In this document: one piece after another, positions 38,929 to 51,455 of the stretch
How positions within the stretch are numbered: position 1 is the stretch's first letter
How the letters are laid out: each line of letters opens with the position of its first letter
Source: Malacoraja senta
Taxonomy: Eukaryota
Reading direction: 5' to 3'
DNA: 64,000 nt
NCBI GenBank assembly: GCA_038087875.1
Contig: CM075988.1
Coordinates: forward strand, 7,194,001-7,258,000
The notes under the pieces: model-generated
What the model was told of the DNA's origin: nothing
The model's database searches: none
What the model saw: only the letters and a program-made list of their open reading frames with translations
Position numbers and translations under genes: made by a program

Positions 38929-40346
38929 GGCCGGAACTGCAGCGAGCCACTCGCCAACTCCGCAAACACTCGCCAGCCCCGCAAATACTCGCCAGCCCCG
39001 CAAACACTCGCAGCCCAGCAAACACTCGCCAGTCCCGGTTCCCCGGATCAGTTCCCGCCGCTGGTTCTGCTCCCATCCCTTCCTCAGCCCCTGCTCTCCA
39101 ACAACCGCGGACCATGCAGTTTATCCGAGTTTTGAAATTTTCGTTGATCACAGAATTTCTCACCACAGAGCGCGAGAAATTTCTGATCAGCGTGAGGGCG
39201 TGAGAGTTTGCTTGAGGGCGTGATTCTCACGCTCAAAGCGTGAGAGTTGGCAGTCCTGGTACGTGGCTCTACCACTTTGTTAACAGCACATTTCATATAC
39301 CCACCACTCTCTCTCTTAAAAACTTGCCCTCAGTTCCCTTTAAGTCTTTTCCTTCTCACCATAAACCAATGTCTGCTAGTTTTACACTTCCATACCCTGA
39401 AAAAAGACTTCCAGTATCTACGTTTTATGACCTCATAATTTTATAATCCTCTGACGTCACCTCTCAACCTCATTAGCTCCTTAGGCCTCTCAGCTGGCCT
39501 ACTCATAATTCAAGCGCTGAAGTCAGGGAACATCCTTGTAACTCTTTTCTGCACCCTCTCTAACTTAATCACATCCTTCCTATAGCATGACAACCAGAAC
39601 GGCACACAATAGGCCAAGTGAGGCCTAACCAATGTTTTGTACAAGTGTAACATGACATCCCAACTGCTGTAGCCAAAGAAGGTAGCAATGACATATGCCA
39701 TCATCACCATCCTGTCTACCTGTGTTGCTACTTTCATGGAACTATGTACTTGTATCCCTACATCTCTGTTCAGCAACACTCCCCAGGGCCATGCCATTCG
39801 TCCTGCCCTGGTTTAACTTCCCAAAATGTATCATTTTACACTTAAGTTAAATTCCATCTGCCATTCCTCTGCCCACTTTCCCAACTATTCAATACCCCAA
39901 TATAATCTTGGAAAATCTTCATTGTCCACTATGTCATCGATTTGGTGTCATCTGGAAACACGTTAATTGCCACCATTGTTGTACAAATCATTAATATGGA
40001 TAACCAACAGGAGACCAAGCATACCTTGTAGCACACCTCTGGTCACAGGGCTTCAATGCAACTCTCTACTACCACCCCCTGCCTCCTGCCACCGTTAACA
40101 TTGTATCCAGTCGGCTAGCTCACCTTGGGTTCTAATCCTCTAACTCTGACCGTAATGCGGGACCTAGTCAAAATCCTGCCAAAGTATAAGTAGACAACGC
40201 CTTGTCTTTGTCAATATTGTTGGTCACCTTTTAAATAAAATCATGAGACATGATTTCCTATGCTTTGTTGACTATCCCCAATCAATCTTTGCCTTTTCAA
40301 ATGCAAATTGAACCCTGTGTCTCAGAAATGCCCTCCATCAGATTTA

Positions 40347-41043
40347 AGGGCCTGTCCCACTTAAATGTCCTTGGCACGCTAATTACGCGACCTCGTGGTC
40401 GCGTTGAGGCGCGACGGTCCCGCGAAGGTCGCACGCGACTTCATTCGACCGCACAGCTGTCTGGAGCGCGTGACGTCATTTGAAGATGGACGCAAAATGC
40501 AGGAGTAACTCAGCGGGACCGGCAGCATCTCTGAAGAGAAGCAATGGGTGATGTTTCGTGTCGAGACTCTTCTTCAGTCCGAAAGAATGGTCTTGACCCG
40601 AAATGTCACCCATTGCTTCTCTCCAGAGATTCTGCCGGTCCCGCTGAGTTACTCCTGCATTTTGTGTCTATCTTCAATTTTCTTGGCCCCGCTCTGGGAG
40701 TAGGAGTGGGGGCGGATCCGGATCCGCAACGGCCGTGAGCCCCAGGCCGAGCTCGGCGATCGTTTGCCTGCATCTGCTGCTGTTGAAGGTGAGACGTTGC
40801 GTCGCGCCAGGGTCTTGGGCCTGTCCCACTTTAGCCGTCAGTTCCGCGACAGGCCGTTGGCGCGCAAAGATTTCATTCGCTACAGAAATTTCGGAGCCCC
40901 ACGCGATGCCGCGCACAACTACATACCTCTCTACGCTTCTCACCGGGACCGGCCCCACGTGGCCATATGATGCTCGTGCGCCTCAACGCGACCACGAGGT
41001 CACGTAATTTGCGTGCCAAGGACATGTAAGTGGGACAGGCCCT
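40347..41043. mobile_element. PIF/Harbinger MITE containing a palindromic pLTR pair
   Basis: ~65-bp TIRs AGGGCCTGTCCCACTTA...TAAGTGGGACAGGCCCT; TTA TSD at 40344-40346 and 41044-41046; pLTR hairpin at 40482-40676. Confidence 0.9.
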
Positions 41044-41169
41044 TTACCACCATGGTTGATAGGTTCACAAACCTATAGTTTCCTGGCTTGTTCTTGCAGC
41101 CCTTCCGAAATAAAGATATTAAATTAGCCAATAGATGATCTACTCTCACAAAACTCAAATAAAATTCTT

Positions 41170-41730
41170 GTCGCAGTCGTACAACATTGGTTACACCTCA
41201 CTTTGAGTGTTATGTACTTTTCTAGTTGCCACGCTATAATGTGTAGCAATGGAGAGAGTACAGAAAAAAACTCACCAGGCTGTTGACTAGATTGGATGGC
41301 TGTAGTTATTAGGAGAGATTGAATAGGCTGAGTTTATTCCCACATTGGAGACTGAGGGGTGACCATCATAATGTTATGAGGGGCATAGATAGGATAGATG
41401 GCTATATTCTATCTCCCATTACAATGGAGTCTCGAACTAGAGGGCATGGTTTAAGATGTGAGAAGAGAAATTTAAAGGGAATCTGGGTACGTTTTTTCAC
41501 ATATTGAGTGGTGAATATCTGGATCAAGTAGCCAATGGATATGGTAGTAGCATATACAATTTCAATGTATTAAAGGTATTTAGACAGGTAGTTGCAGAGG
41601 AAAGTAGTAGTCATGGAGGAAAGGAGGATACAAGTCCAATGAAGGCAAATGGGATGAGCATATATAAGCATCACAGTCGGTATGGATGAGCTGAGCTGAG
41701 AGTATTTCTGTGATATAGATTTTATGATTC
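41170..41730 (+). mobile_element. Very old CR1 3' fragment
   Basis: RLNRLSLF, RLRGD and ESRTRGH remnants. Confidence 0.6.
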
Positions 41731-42092
41731 TTTGATTTTGTTTTTCTACCAATTTACTGTTTATCTACCTGGTTTACAAGGTTTTAACACAATTATTGTA
41801 ATGGATACCAATTAAACCACAGAATAAGCACTGAGGTGGAAAAAAAAAGTGATTTGATTTGGTTTATGAGCCAGTGGTTTATAAAAGTTAATCATTAACT
41901 GGAAAGATCAAGTGCTCCATCTCGGGATTGAGGCTTGAAGTCACTCTTGTCCGAGTGTCAAATGCACAAACAACTGAGCCATAACTGACACCTTTTACAT
42001 GTATAGTTATAGAATCAATACTGTATTCATTATGGAAAACAAAGGGAAACAATTGGCTGGTGGATCTTGAACCAAGTTCAGTAAGTAGAACT

Positions 42093-42378
42093 GGGCAGCA
42101 GAGTGGTAGAGTTGCTGCCTTACAGTGCCAGAGACCCGGTTTCGATCCTGACCATGGGTGCTGTCCATACGGAGTTTGTACATTTCCCCCCATTACCGTG
42201 TGGGTTTTCTTCTGCAGCTTCGGTTTCCTCCCAAATTCCAAAAACGTACAGGACATACAGGTTTGCAGGTTAATTGGCCATGGAAAAAAAAAAGTAAATT
42301 GTCCCATGTGTGTAGGATAGTGCTAGTGTACGTTGATCGCTGGTCGGCCTGTTTCCACGCTGTAGCTCTAAAACTAAA
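42093..42378 (+). mobile_element. tRNA-derived SINE
   Basis: gtggtagagttgctgccttacagtgccagagacccggtttcgatcc head. Confidence 0.8.
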
Positions 42379-43469
42379 ATGATGTGCCCAATGTGAAGCA
42401 AAACTAATAGCCTGGCCATCTTCCAGGTTCAATAGACTCAAGTATAAAAATCTAGATGTACACTTTTATTGTATGCTACAAAGGCAATGTCATTTAGGTG
42501 AAATATTAAACCAAAGATTCTGCCAGCTATCCCCAAGGAGGATATCACTAAAAATATTGTCATGAAAACAATGCTGTCAGTGGGAGCGTGCTGTGCACAA
42601 ATTGGCTACGTTGCCATTGCGATTACATGTCATAAATACCAAAATGGGTCGGGACATCCAGAGGTTGTCAAAGATGGCATATAATACAAGGTTTCTTTTT
42701 TTTTATATTTAAAAAATAGCTGCAAAACTAGACCCACTTGTGCCTGCATTACCATTCAATGATCACAACTGACATTCTATCTTCTCAGCTTTCCCACATT
42801 AACCCTCTATCTATAATGTCAGATCTCATTTATTTCCATTTATAAAGGTCAAGGGAATATTTAACGATGTTTTAAATTAGGTTGTGTTTGATGGCGTGAA
42901 TCAAACTATGTCTCCTGGTTGGAGAATCAGTAACGGGTGACTATTCATTTTAAACTGTTACTAAATAAGTGAGGGAAGGTTAGTAGAGTTTTCTTTCTGC
43001 ACAGTAAGTAAGAGCATGAAATCCTTGCCATGGGTACGTCGAGCAAGAGAATATTGCATCTTTGAAAGGAAAAGTCTATCAATATTTTAAACAGTGCATA
43101 ATAAATATGCAGTGAATAGACTACTGGGCAGTAGAATTACATCTGGATTGTTTTAACTATGATTGACAGACATATGAAGGGTTTAATGTCCTCATAAATG
43201 TTTCAGATCACTTTCTATAATTTACCTTGAAATGCAATGACTGCTGTAATGCAGGCCAAACTGCAAACAAGACAATGCAAACTGGAATGTGATCACGGAA
43301 CAATAATCTTGGCTTTAATTGCTCTCTCTACAGATGCTGCCCGACATTTTGAGGATTTCCAGCATCTTGTGCTTTATTTCAAATTTCCAACATCTGAGGC
43401 ATTTTGTTTTACAATTTTTTGCATTGGTTGCAGGAGTAATATTGCATGTGACATCAGGAAAACATATTG

Positions 43470-43765
43470 TTTAGTTTAGGAATACTGGATGGAAACAGGC
43501 TCTTTGGCCCACTGAGATCACACTGACTATTGATCACCAATTCACAATAGTTCTCTGTTATTCCACTTTCTCATCCACTCCCTGCACATTCGGGGCAATT
43601 TTACAGAGGCTAATTAACCTACAAGCCCGCACATCTTTGGGATGTGAAAGGAAACCTGAGCACCCGGAGCAAACCCACATAGTCACAAGGAGAACATTGT
43701 GAAAGACTCCACAGACAGCACTCAAGGTCTGGATTGAACCCAGGTCTCTGGCGCTGTGAGAAATG
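43470..43765 (-). mobile_element. tRNA-derived SINE
   Basis: Reverse complement of the same head, core and tail. Confidence 0.7.
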
Positions 43766-46700
43766 GCACCCATCCAATATCCTAGCAGCTCAATTTAAAT
43801 TTTGATCCATCATCAAAAAGATTGCAACAATGCTATATTGACTCAGATACCCTCAGGCAACAACCTGGTGATAAACTCCAGCATTCACATGTTTCTAATG
43901 TGAAAGCAGCAGCCTTAAACTTCAAGCAAAAATGACAGAACACAAGATAGTAGGCCACCTGCCCACTATTCAATATAAGCATGGCTGATCTGCCCCAGGC
44001 CACAGCTCCTCTTCTGTGCTAGTTACACTGCTCCTCGGGTTCTGCCTTATTTACGTCCTCTTTAAATGTCTCCAGTGATCTAGCAGTCCTCCAGGGGAGT
44101 TCTAGAATTCCAGAGAAAATAAATTCCTATGTTCCTCAATTATCTTCTAGCCATTATTATTCCTCATTTGAGACCCTCCACTGTGGAAACATTTCAACAT
44201 CTGTCTGTCATAGCCCCTTTGGATCTTATATTTCAATAAGATCACTAATTCTAGACAACCCTCTCTTGTTAAGAAGGGTCACGACCCAAAACGTCACCTA
44301 TCCATGTTCTCCAAAGATGCTTCAGTGTAAACCAGCATCTACAGTTCCTTCCTACACATGCTGCCTGACGCTGCTGAGTTACTCCAACACTTTGTGTCCT
44401 TTTCTATATTTAGCTCCGTTTGCCAGTTTTTTTTCCCCATCCACTCAAACTAACTTTATCTTGCTGCACGGTTCAAACATCTTTGATGAAAGGTTATTTC
44501 CAACCCCCCGATCCATTTAATTAGACCATGGCTAATCTGTACATCAAGTCCATTTACATTACCGTTTATGTGTCAAAGAAGGGAAAAAATTGGAAAACTG
44601 AATTATACATAGAAGATTAATGTAGTTTAATATACAATTTGTTTCCAGAAAAACTTAGAGGTTAGGTATTATCTACATTACATTTAACTTTGTGGTATTC
44701 AATTGTATCCTGTTTGATTTAAATTAGTTTGTGGAACTCGTGAGAAAGGGCATATTAGGGAAGAGGATTAATCATTCAAGAAGAATACCTAATCACATAC
44801 AGCAGAATAAATCTGTCTCGTCTAGATTAAATTTAACTATAATTATTATACAGAATTGTTATAATGTACGACAGCACAACATATGCATTATATTGCTTTA
44901 CCTTGATTTTTTTTTTCATAGTCCATTTACTTTTATGGCCTTCATTTAGAAATTTCTTTCCATTCCTCCCATTTTTCATCAACAACTGCACAATATTATA
45001 CAAGTACAGTTCATAATTTTGGTCTCTAGGTGGCAATGCAATGCCACCTGGTGTCAAATTCTTCATTGAACGTCAATGAATCTACACGGAAAGAGCTGCA
45101 AATCCCACCCTATTCACAAGTTCCAGGCTCAGATATGGGAGTTGAAACAGCTTTTTTATTTTAAAAATTTTACTGAATTTTCATTTTTTAATAAGCATAT
45201 TTAAAGCTGTAAAGGAAGGCAAATAAAACTGCAGATGTTGGAAACCAAAACAAAAACATAAATGCTGGAAGAACTCTGCCAGTGAAACTGAATTTGTGGA
45301 AAGAAAAAACAATTAATATTCAAAGTCGATGACCCTTTCTCGGAACAATTTTAAGAGTTACTGACCCAAAGTGTTAACTGGTGTCTCTTCACACTGATGC
45401 TGCTTGATGGTTGAGATCTTCCACCATTTATTTGTGATATAAAACTTTATATTTACAGAATTTAAAAAATATTATTTATAATGGATACAAAATATTAAGT
45501 CTCAAACCTAAAATAATCGTAATATACAGAAAGTCACGTTAAATAGTTAATCGCAAAAAATCTTGAAGGTGGGGTGGCTGGTTGGTCCCTCGGAGTGATT
45601 CATGTTTGTTCAGCCAGCCATTCCTAACACGGCCCCTTTGTTATAGGGGAACAGCATCCAGTAAAGCCAGAGACCTTTTCCCCACAAAGTGCAGGAAGGG
45701 TTAAAATACTACATGGGAACAAGGCTGTCCAGCCCAATCTGTTCACAACTCACTCCAACTCCACATGCATGCTCCACTTCATAGAATCATAGAATTGTAC
45801 AGCATGAAAACAGGCCATTGGACCCACACTAACTAATGGACACCTCTCCTATATTAACCCCCTTTCTCAGCACTTGGTCCATAGTCCTCTATGCCTAAAC
45901 AACTGAAATGTTAATCGACACACTTCTTAAATGCTGTCGTGACCCTACTTTCCACTTATAACTCTTCAGCTGCAATTCTCAAATGTTGCCACAATCTTTG
46001 TTTCAATCAGACTCTTAGAATCCCAACTCTTGTTATATTTCCCACCCTAGGATCCTTACAAATTATACATGCCGTAGTGCAACAGCTTCATCTTAAAAGT
46101 TCCCATCCTCATTTTCAATTCCAATACTTTCACCCTTCCAATGTTCCATAATTGGTATCCGCGCCTTCAAGTTCATAAATTCACTCCCTAAACCACTCTA
46201 CCTCCTTACCTCTCCCAGAGTACATTTATAACCTGTCTCTTTGGCGAAGCTTTTGGTCTATTAGCTCTTGTTTTAGTGTCAATTGTTTGTGGAAACATAT
46301 ATCTGAAGAACCTTGAGACATTTGACTAGATTCAGGTCACTTTATAAATGTAAGTACCTCTTCTAATGGAAACAGTCTAGTTCTGTTTAATCTAATCAGT
46401 TCAGTCATAATTTTAAACCAGTAAATAACCTGCTCTATTCCAACAATCTAATGTTGTAGCCTTTTGTTTAGATACCAGTCATAACAGGAAATCTGTACTG
46501 TATTCTCTTCTATTGCCTCAAGATATCTAAAAGTTGAAGGTACACAAAAATGCTGGAGAAACTCAGCGGGTGCAGCAGCATCTATGGAGCGAAGGAATTG
46601 TGCAGGTCAAAATTGCAAAATGTCTGTGGCAAATATAGATTCACTGGGTTAGTCCCTTTGGTCGAAATTCACAAGTGAATCGGAATCAGGCTTGTGAGAA

Positions 46701-48721
46701 GTCAAGATGAGACATGAATATCTATTTATTGTGCCTCATATGCATGTTCAGGTTTTTTATGTACATCGCCACATCTTATTTTACATAGATATTTGGAATT
46801 TGCAGTGTGGGAAACAAAGGATATTGCTCATTTTTCCAGTATTCTCAAACAGAAAGCAGAAATGGTTTTAGGTCTGGTCTCTATATTCATCACCCTTGGA
46901 AAAATATACCGCAATGCCAACATCTGATCACTATTCAGTGACGCTGCTTGAATGTGCACATGAACCCTTGATAAAGTAAATAATATTTATTGTTGAAACC
47001 CAACTACACTTGGCCAGAATTGCTCAGGTAAGTATCACGTGGCCACTAGGTATGAAAAGACAACATGGATTTATGGATGAGAAGAAAAAGGACAAATTAG
47101 GCTGAAAATGTCTGCATATCAACCAAGAATGGCCTTATTTTGCGCTGACATTTCTATGATTTCGGTCCTTCTCTTCTATTTAATACATGTCCTCAATACT
47201 AATCTTTTTTCACTACGTGCTGCTCAATTCAAAGAAAATCTTTTCATTTCCTTTTTCAACAGAAACCACGGACCCTTGGGAATTGGCAGAAAAATAAAAA
47301 CAAACAATTCATTTCGACTTTTCTTTTAAAGAAGGTTTGGCATTTAAATTAATGCTTGTCTGCCGTTCCTCAACAGATATTGCAATATCCACTCAATGTT
47401 TTTCTCAAAAATAAACTCAGGTAAGTTACAAATGCTGCTTTTGCACACAGACGGAGTCCAGGGACTGTGGATTGCTTCTCAGAAGCTTCGAAGGGGTTTT
47501 GCTTCTATATGCTCCACAAGATAATGAGGGAATAGTAGAATCAAGCCTGCCAGGAATCCCACAATCAATATACACAGCAGACAATAGCGGCCAATGAAGA
47601 AATTGTCGAAAATCTGAAAGATAAAGAAAAGAGGAATGGATCCAACTTTCAATACATTCTCCCTCCAAGGGAGAAAGCAAGCAAGTTGCAAATATATTTA
47701 AAGCAAACAGCTTAGTAAGCAACAAGCAGATATTCTTAGCAACTTGTTTTCCTCTCTTTATGGGAAACCCTCGGCTGCAACCAAGTGCATCCCTTTATCA
47801 AGATCTCATTGATTATCAACTGAGCTGGTGAACAAAATCAAAAATGGCAATCTGAATATTACATCTAATAATGCTCATCTGAATCAGACAAAGCAGAAAT
47901 GCTGCGATAATACTTTGTCAAATATAAACTTTCCCCGAGGACCTGAGGTGCTCAAATTAAAAGGCCATGGTTTTGATTACCAATGTGTGCTGAATTGGCT
48001 TATATGACTCAGGTTGATGGAAGCATCGGTGAAAATGGACTCAGTACTCTAAACTATGAATGAGAAACAAACAGAGCTCCCAGTCTTGAGTGCTGTCTAC
48101 AAATATCCAACATTGCAGAGAAAGGATAGTGCCAGTGGTAATTTTACCCTAGAAAGAAACGACACTGTAAGGAGTACAAAGATAGGTTGTTTAATTCTAC
48201 GCAGCCGATTGTAAAATGAACGGAATATTGAATGTAAATTTTCTTCACGATGTAACAAAATTATGGACCGACTCCAAGCAAGCTTTATACAGTTGTTTTG
48301 TTATTTCCCTCCCCATTGAGTACAGAAGGGGAATTATTCATGTTCTGTTGTATCTGAAGTAATATTTTAATAACAGAAACTGATAAAAGCAAATTTAAAA
48401 GGCATATAAGTACAACATTTGTCTGCAGAGCTTATGCCATTTTGGTGTTTGGGTGCTGATTTGTTTCCAATAAAATATGTAATACGTACACATATTTACA
48501 GGATGTCATCACATTGGAAAGGGTGTTACCTAGTTAATAATGTCTGCTGTACATAAGCAGACCAGGCAAATAATGTACCAGTGTGCAATGTTGATTTGAT
48601 TAATGCAGGAAAGTTCTGTACCGGAAACCGCAGCTCTCTGTAATAACCAGTTAAGGGTCCTTTAGTTGGCATTTGCGAGGAGTGCCTCATGACAGGACGA
48701 ATAAGGAAGACACCAAGCAGT

Positions 48722-48905
48722 CGCAGACACAAAGTGCTGAAGTAACTCAGCGGGTCAGGCAGCATGTCTGTAGAAAAAGGATGGGTAACGTTTTGGGTTG
48801 GAACACTTCTTCAGACAGTCTGAAGGGTCCCAACCCGAAATGTAACTCATCCTTTTTCTCCAGAAATGCTGCCTGACATGCTGAGGTACCCCAGCACTTT
48901 GTGCC
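48722..48905. repeat. Palindromic Penelope pLTR pair
   Basis: Arms meet at ttcagac-a-gtctgaa (~48810-48824). Confidence 0.75.
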
Positions 48906-49299
48906 TAATTTTGGTATAAACCAGCATTCCTTTCTACACGCAAGACAACAAGCAGATATCTTAGCAACATCTTTTCCTCGTGTTATGAGACAACCCCAGC
49001 TGCAGCTAAATACCTCCCTTTAACAAGATGTCATAGATTAGGAACAATGATGATGATGAGCAGATGGACTCTCATTGGGAGGTCATACCCATTCAATATC
49101 TTCAAGAACAAATTCTCCTGAACTGGAGGAGGTATTTATGTCAGACAAAAGGAACTGCAGATGTTAGAATCTTGAGCAAAAAATACAAAGTGTTGGATTA
49201 ACACGGTGGATTCGGCAGCATCTCTTGAAAACATGGATAGGAGATCTGGTCGGGACCCTTCAAACTTTCTTCAGGTGGTTATGCTTCAGTAAGGTCAAT

Positions 49300-51080
49300 T
49301 CAGTGGGAACTGCCAAGTATCTCAGCCGCAACTTTGATTACAATGTGTGCCTAGGTTGCGGCATCCAAGAAATTCTACAGGTTGTGATACATCCCAGGTA
49401 CGCTGAAGATCTGGCAATCTGCAGTATGCTCTTCCTTGGAGACACAAGAGACCGCAAATGCTGGAATCTGGAGCAAACAATAAATAGCTGGGGGAACTCA
49501 GCAAGTAGGCAGCAGCTGTGGAGGAAATGTGAAAATGGCGTTTCGGGTCAGGACCCCTCTTCAGGCTCATTACACTGTTGCTTAATGTATAAAGGAGTAG
49601 GGGGGAGGGGGGCAGAGGGATGGATGGAAGCTACAGACGTGTTCCAAGGTAATTAAACAGACGTCATTCACTTGCTAAAAACCTGCAGATGGAATGAGGA
49701 GACAGCTCTGTGACAATTGGTGACTTCCCTATAATATAGGAAGCTATGAACCTCACTGGATATCAGCACAGTTGCATTACAAATGGAAGATATATCACTC
49801 CTTTCATGACCAGTTGGTATGTGACCACATGCACAGAGATGTGCAGTTATTGCTTGGTATTCTTGCAGCATCCATGATCTTTCATTTTATGGCAGTGCAC
49901 ATAATGTTCATGTACAGTGTAGGAAGGAACTGCAGATGCTGGTTCATGTACACGTATATCAAGACTGACCCTTATACTATATATATGGAAGACTTGTATT
50001 CTCTCCAGGCTGCCTCTGCCACAGAACTACCCCAAACAATCAAACTCTCGGTGAAGCTCTGTAAAACATGGATCACATTCCACCTCAGGAGAACTTGCTA
50101 GCAAAGACAGAGATCAATGACAAAATTTCAACTATCTCCAGTGCCCTCGCATATTTGGAGAATGGAAAATACTATTTGAAGACTAATGGGCCTGTCCCAC
50201 TTACGCATCTTTTTCGGCAACTGCCGGCACCCGTCATAGGTCGTCGAAAATTTTCAACATGTTGAAAATTCAACGGCAACCAGAAAGACGCTATGACTCT
50301 TTGGGCGACTGAGACTACTCACGACCATACAGGCGACACACTGGCGACATGTCCGCGGGGTGAAGCCTGTATGGTCGTGAATGGTCGCCCAAAGAGTCGT
50401 ACCTTGTTCTGGTCGCCGCTGCATTTTCAACATGTTGAACATTTTTGGCGACCTGCAACGACCTATGACAGGTGCCTGCAGTCACCGAAAAAGTCCCGTA
50501 AGTGGGACAGGGCCATAAAGCTCACTGACTACTGAACAACAGTAATCTCCACCCTCTTATGTTTCAGAGACTTTTGCAGTTAGCACCACTCTGCAACATA
50601 GAAGTACTACACATGCTGCCTCTGTAAAATCCTTAAATCCATTTTTTGGAATAGATGAAACTTCAAGCAAGTAATTTCCGACTCTGAGGGTCTGAATCTT
50701 TGTTTTTTCATTTGTTGGTGACCCTCAGATATGGATAGCAGAATGGCTACTGGGTGAGAAAGGCCATCCTCTCACCACATTGCACTTGACTGTGCTGTTT
50801 AACTCACACACAGAGGAGAGCCGCATGTTGCCATGATGCCACACATAATGTGATAGCAGTGACCATCAGTGCGCTCAAATAATGGTTGCTTTAGCATTGA
50901 TCAATAGAGCAGGTCCCATGACAGTTGACAGACTGCTGTACATACACCAAGCTCATAACCATGAAGATTAAACTCCTGTTATAAGCGTGGAGTGGAGGAG
51001 GTGATGGTGGAGAGATTATGGTGGAGGAGCAGGAGGAAGAGGTGGAGGAGTATGAAAATGTGGAAAAGGAGGATGATACA
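49300..51080 (+). pseudogene. Decayed PIF/Harbinger (HARBI1-like DDE) transposase
   Basis: Ordered remnants YHSFHDQLVCDH (~49795), VIAWYSCSIHD, EWLLGEKGHPL (50741), HDATHNVIAVTISALK and an acidic tail match HARBI1-family motifs HSINVQ.VCD, WPGS.HD, WLLGD.GYPL and H..TR.VIE.T.G.LK. Confidence 0.65.
50187..50515. mobile_element. PIF/Harbinger MITE
   Basis: TIRs TGGGCCTGTCCCACTTACG...CGTAAGTGGGACAGGGCCA; TAA TSD at 50184-50186 and 50516-50518; internally palindromic. Confidence 0.9.
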
Positions 51081-51185
51081 TTCCAGATAGTCCTTCCTGA
51101 TCAGGCTGCCTAAGACAACTTAAATGATTCTGTTATCAATAAACACTATCCTATTTCCCCATAAATCAACACTGTCATACTTTAC

Positions 51186-51455
51186 GGTGGCCTGAACGTT
51201 CAGTCTACATCCTGGTGGCCTGAACGTTGAATTCTCCCAATTCTGCTAGCCCTGGCTGTCCCCTCCCCTTCATCAGCCATCTGGTTGTCTCCTCCCCTCC
51301 CCCAGCCCTCGGGCTCCTCCTCCTCCTTTTCCTTTTTTCCTTTCTTCTCCCCACCCCCTATCAGTCTGAAGAAGGGTTTCGGCCCGAAACGTTACCTATT
51401 TCCTTCGCTCCATAGATGCTGCTGCACCCGCTGAGTTTCTCCAGCATTTTTGTGT
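51186..51455 (+). mobile_element. Penelope 3' end/pLTR insertion with hammerhead-like core at 51366
   Basis: Flanked by a 15-bp duplication actgtcatactttac; CTGAAGAagggtttcggcccGAAACgtt. Confidence 0.82.

Larger units (their letters stand above)
35774..39258. mobile_element. Non-autonomous DNA transposon (hAT-like termini) carrying a captured gene fragment and nested LINE pieces
   Basis: Left TIR CAGGGCTGCCAAC at 35774; right TIR GTTGGCAGTCCTG ending 39258; an internal second right end GTTGGCAGCCCTG ending 37871; flanks gtacatg and gtacgtg. Confidence 0.8.
35625..40330 (-). mobile_element. Old CR1 3' region split by the TIR element and continuing to its right
   Basis: CR1 3' end at 35625-35773 resumes at 39259; ORF 39510-39797 reads YKTLVRPHLAYCVPFW. 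Confidence 0.75.

Noticed and set aside
37821..39223. 464-aa and other Leu/Ser/Pro- or Arg/Glu/Gly-rich ORFs
   Set aside because: Translations of the CT low-complexity tract, which is nearly free of stop codons.
47000..47660. Plus-strand splice-like signals (CAG|GTAAGT near 47027 and 47420)
   Set aside because: No coherent reading frame or recognisable homology; a non-coding transcript cannot be excluded.
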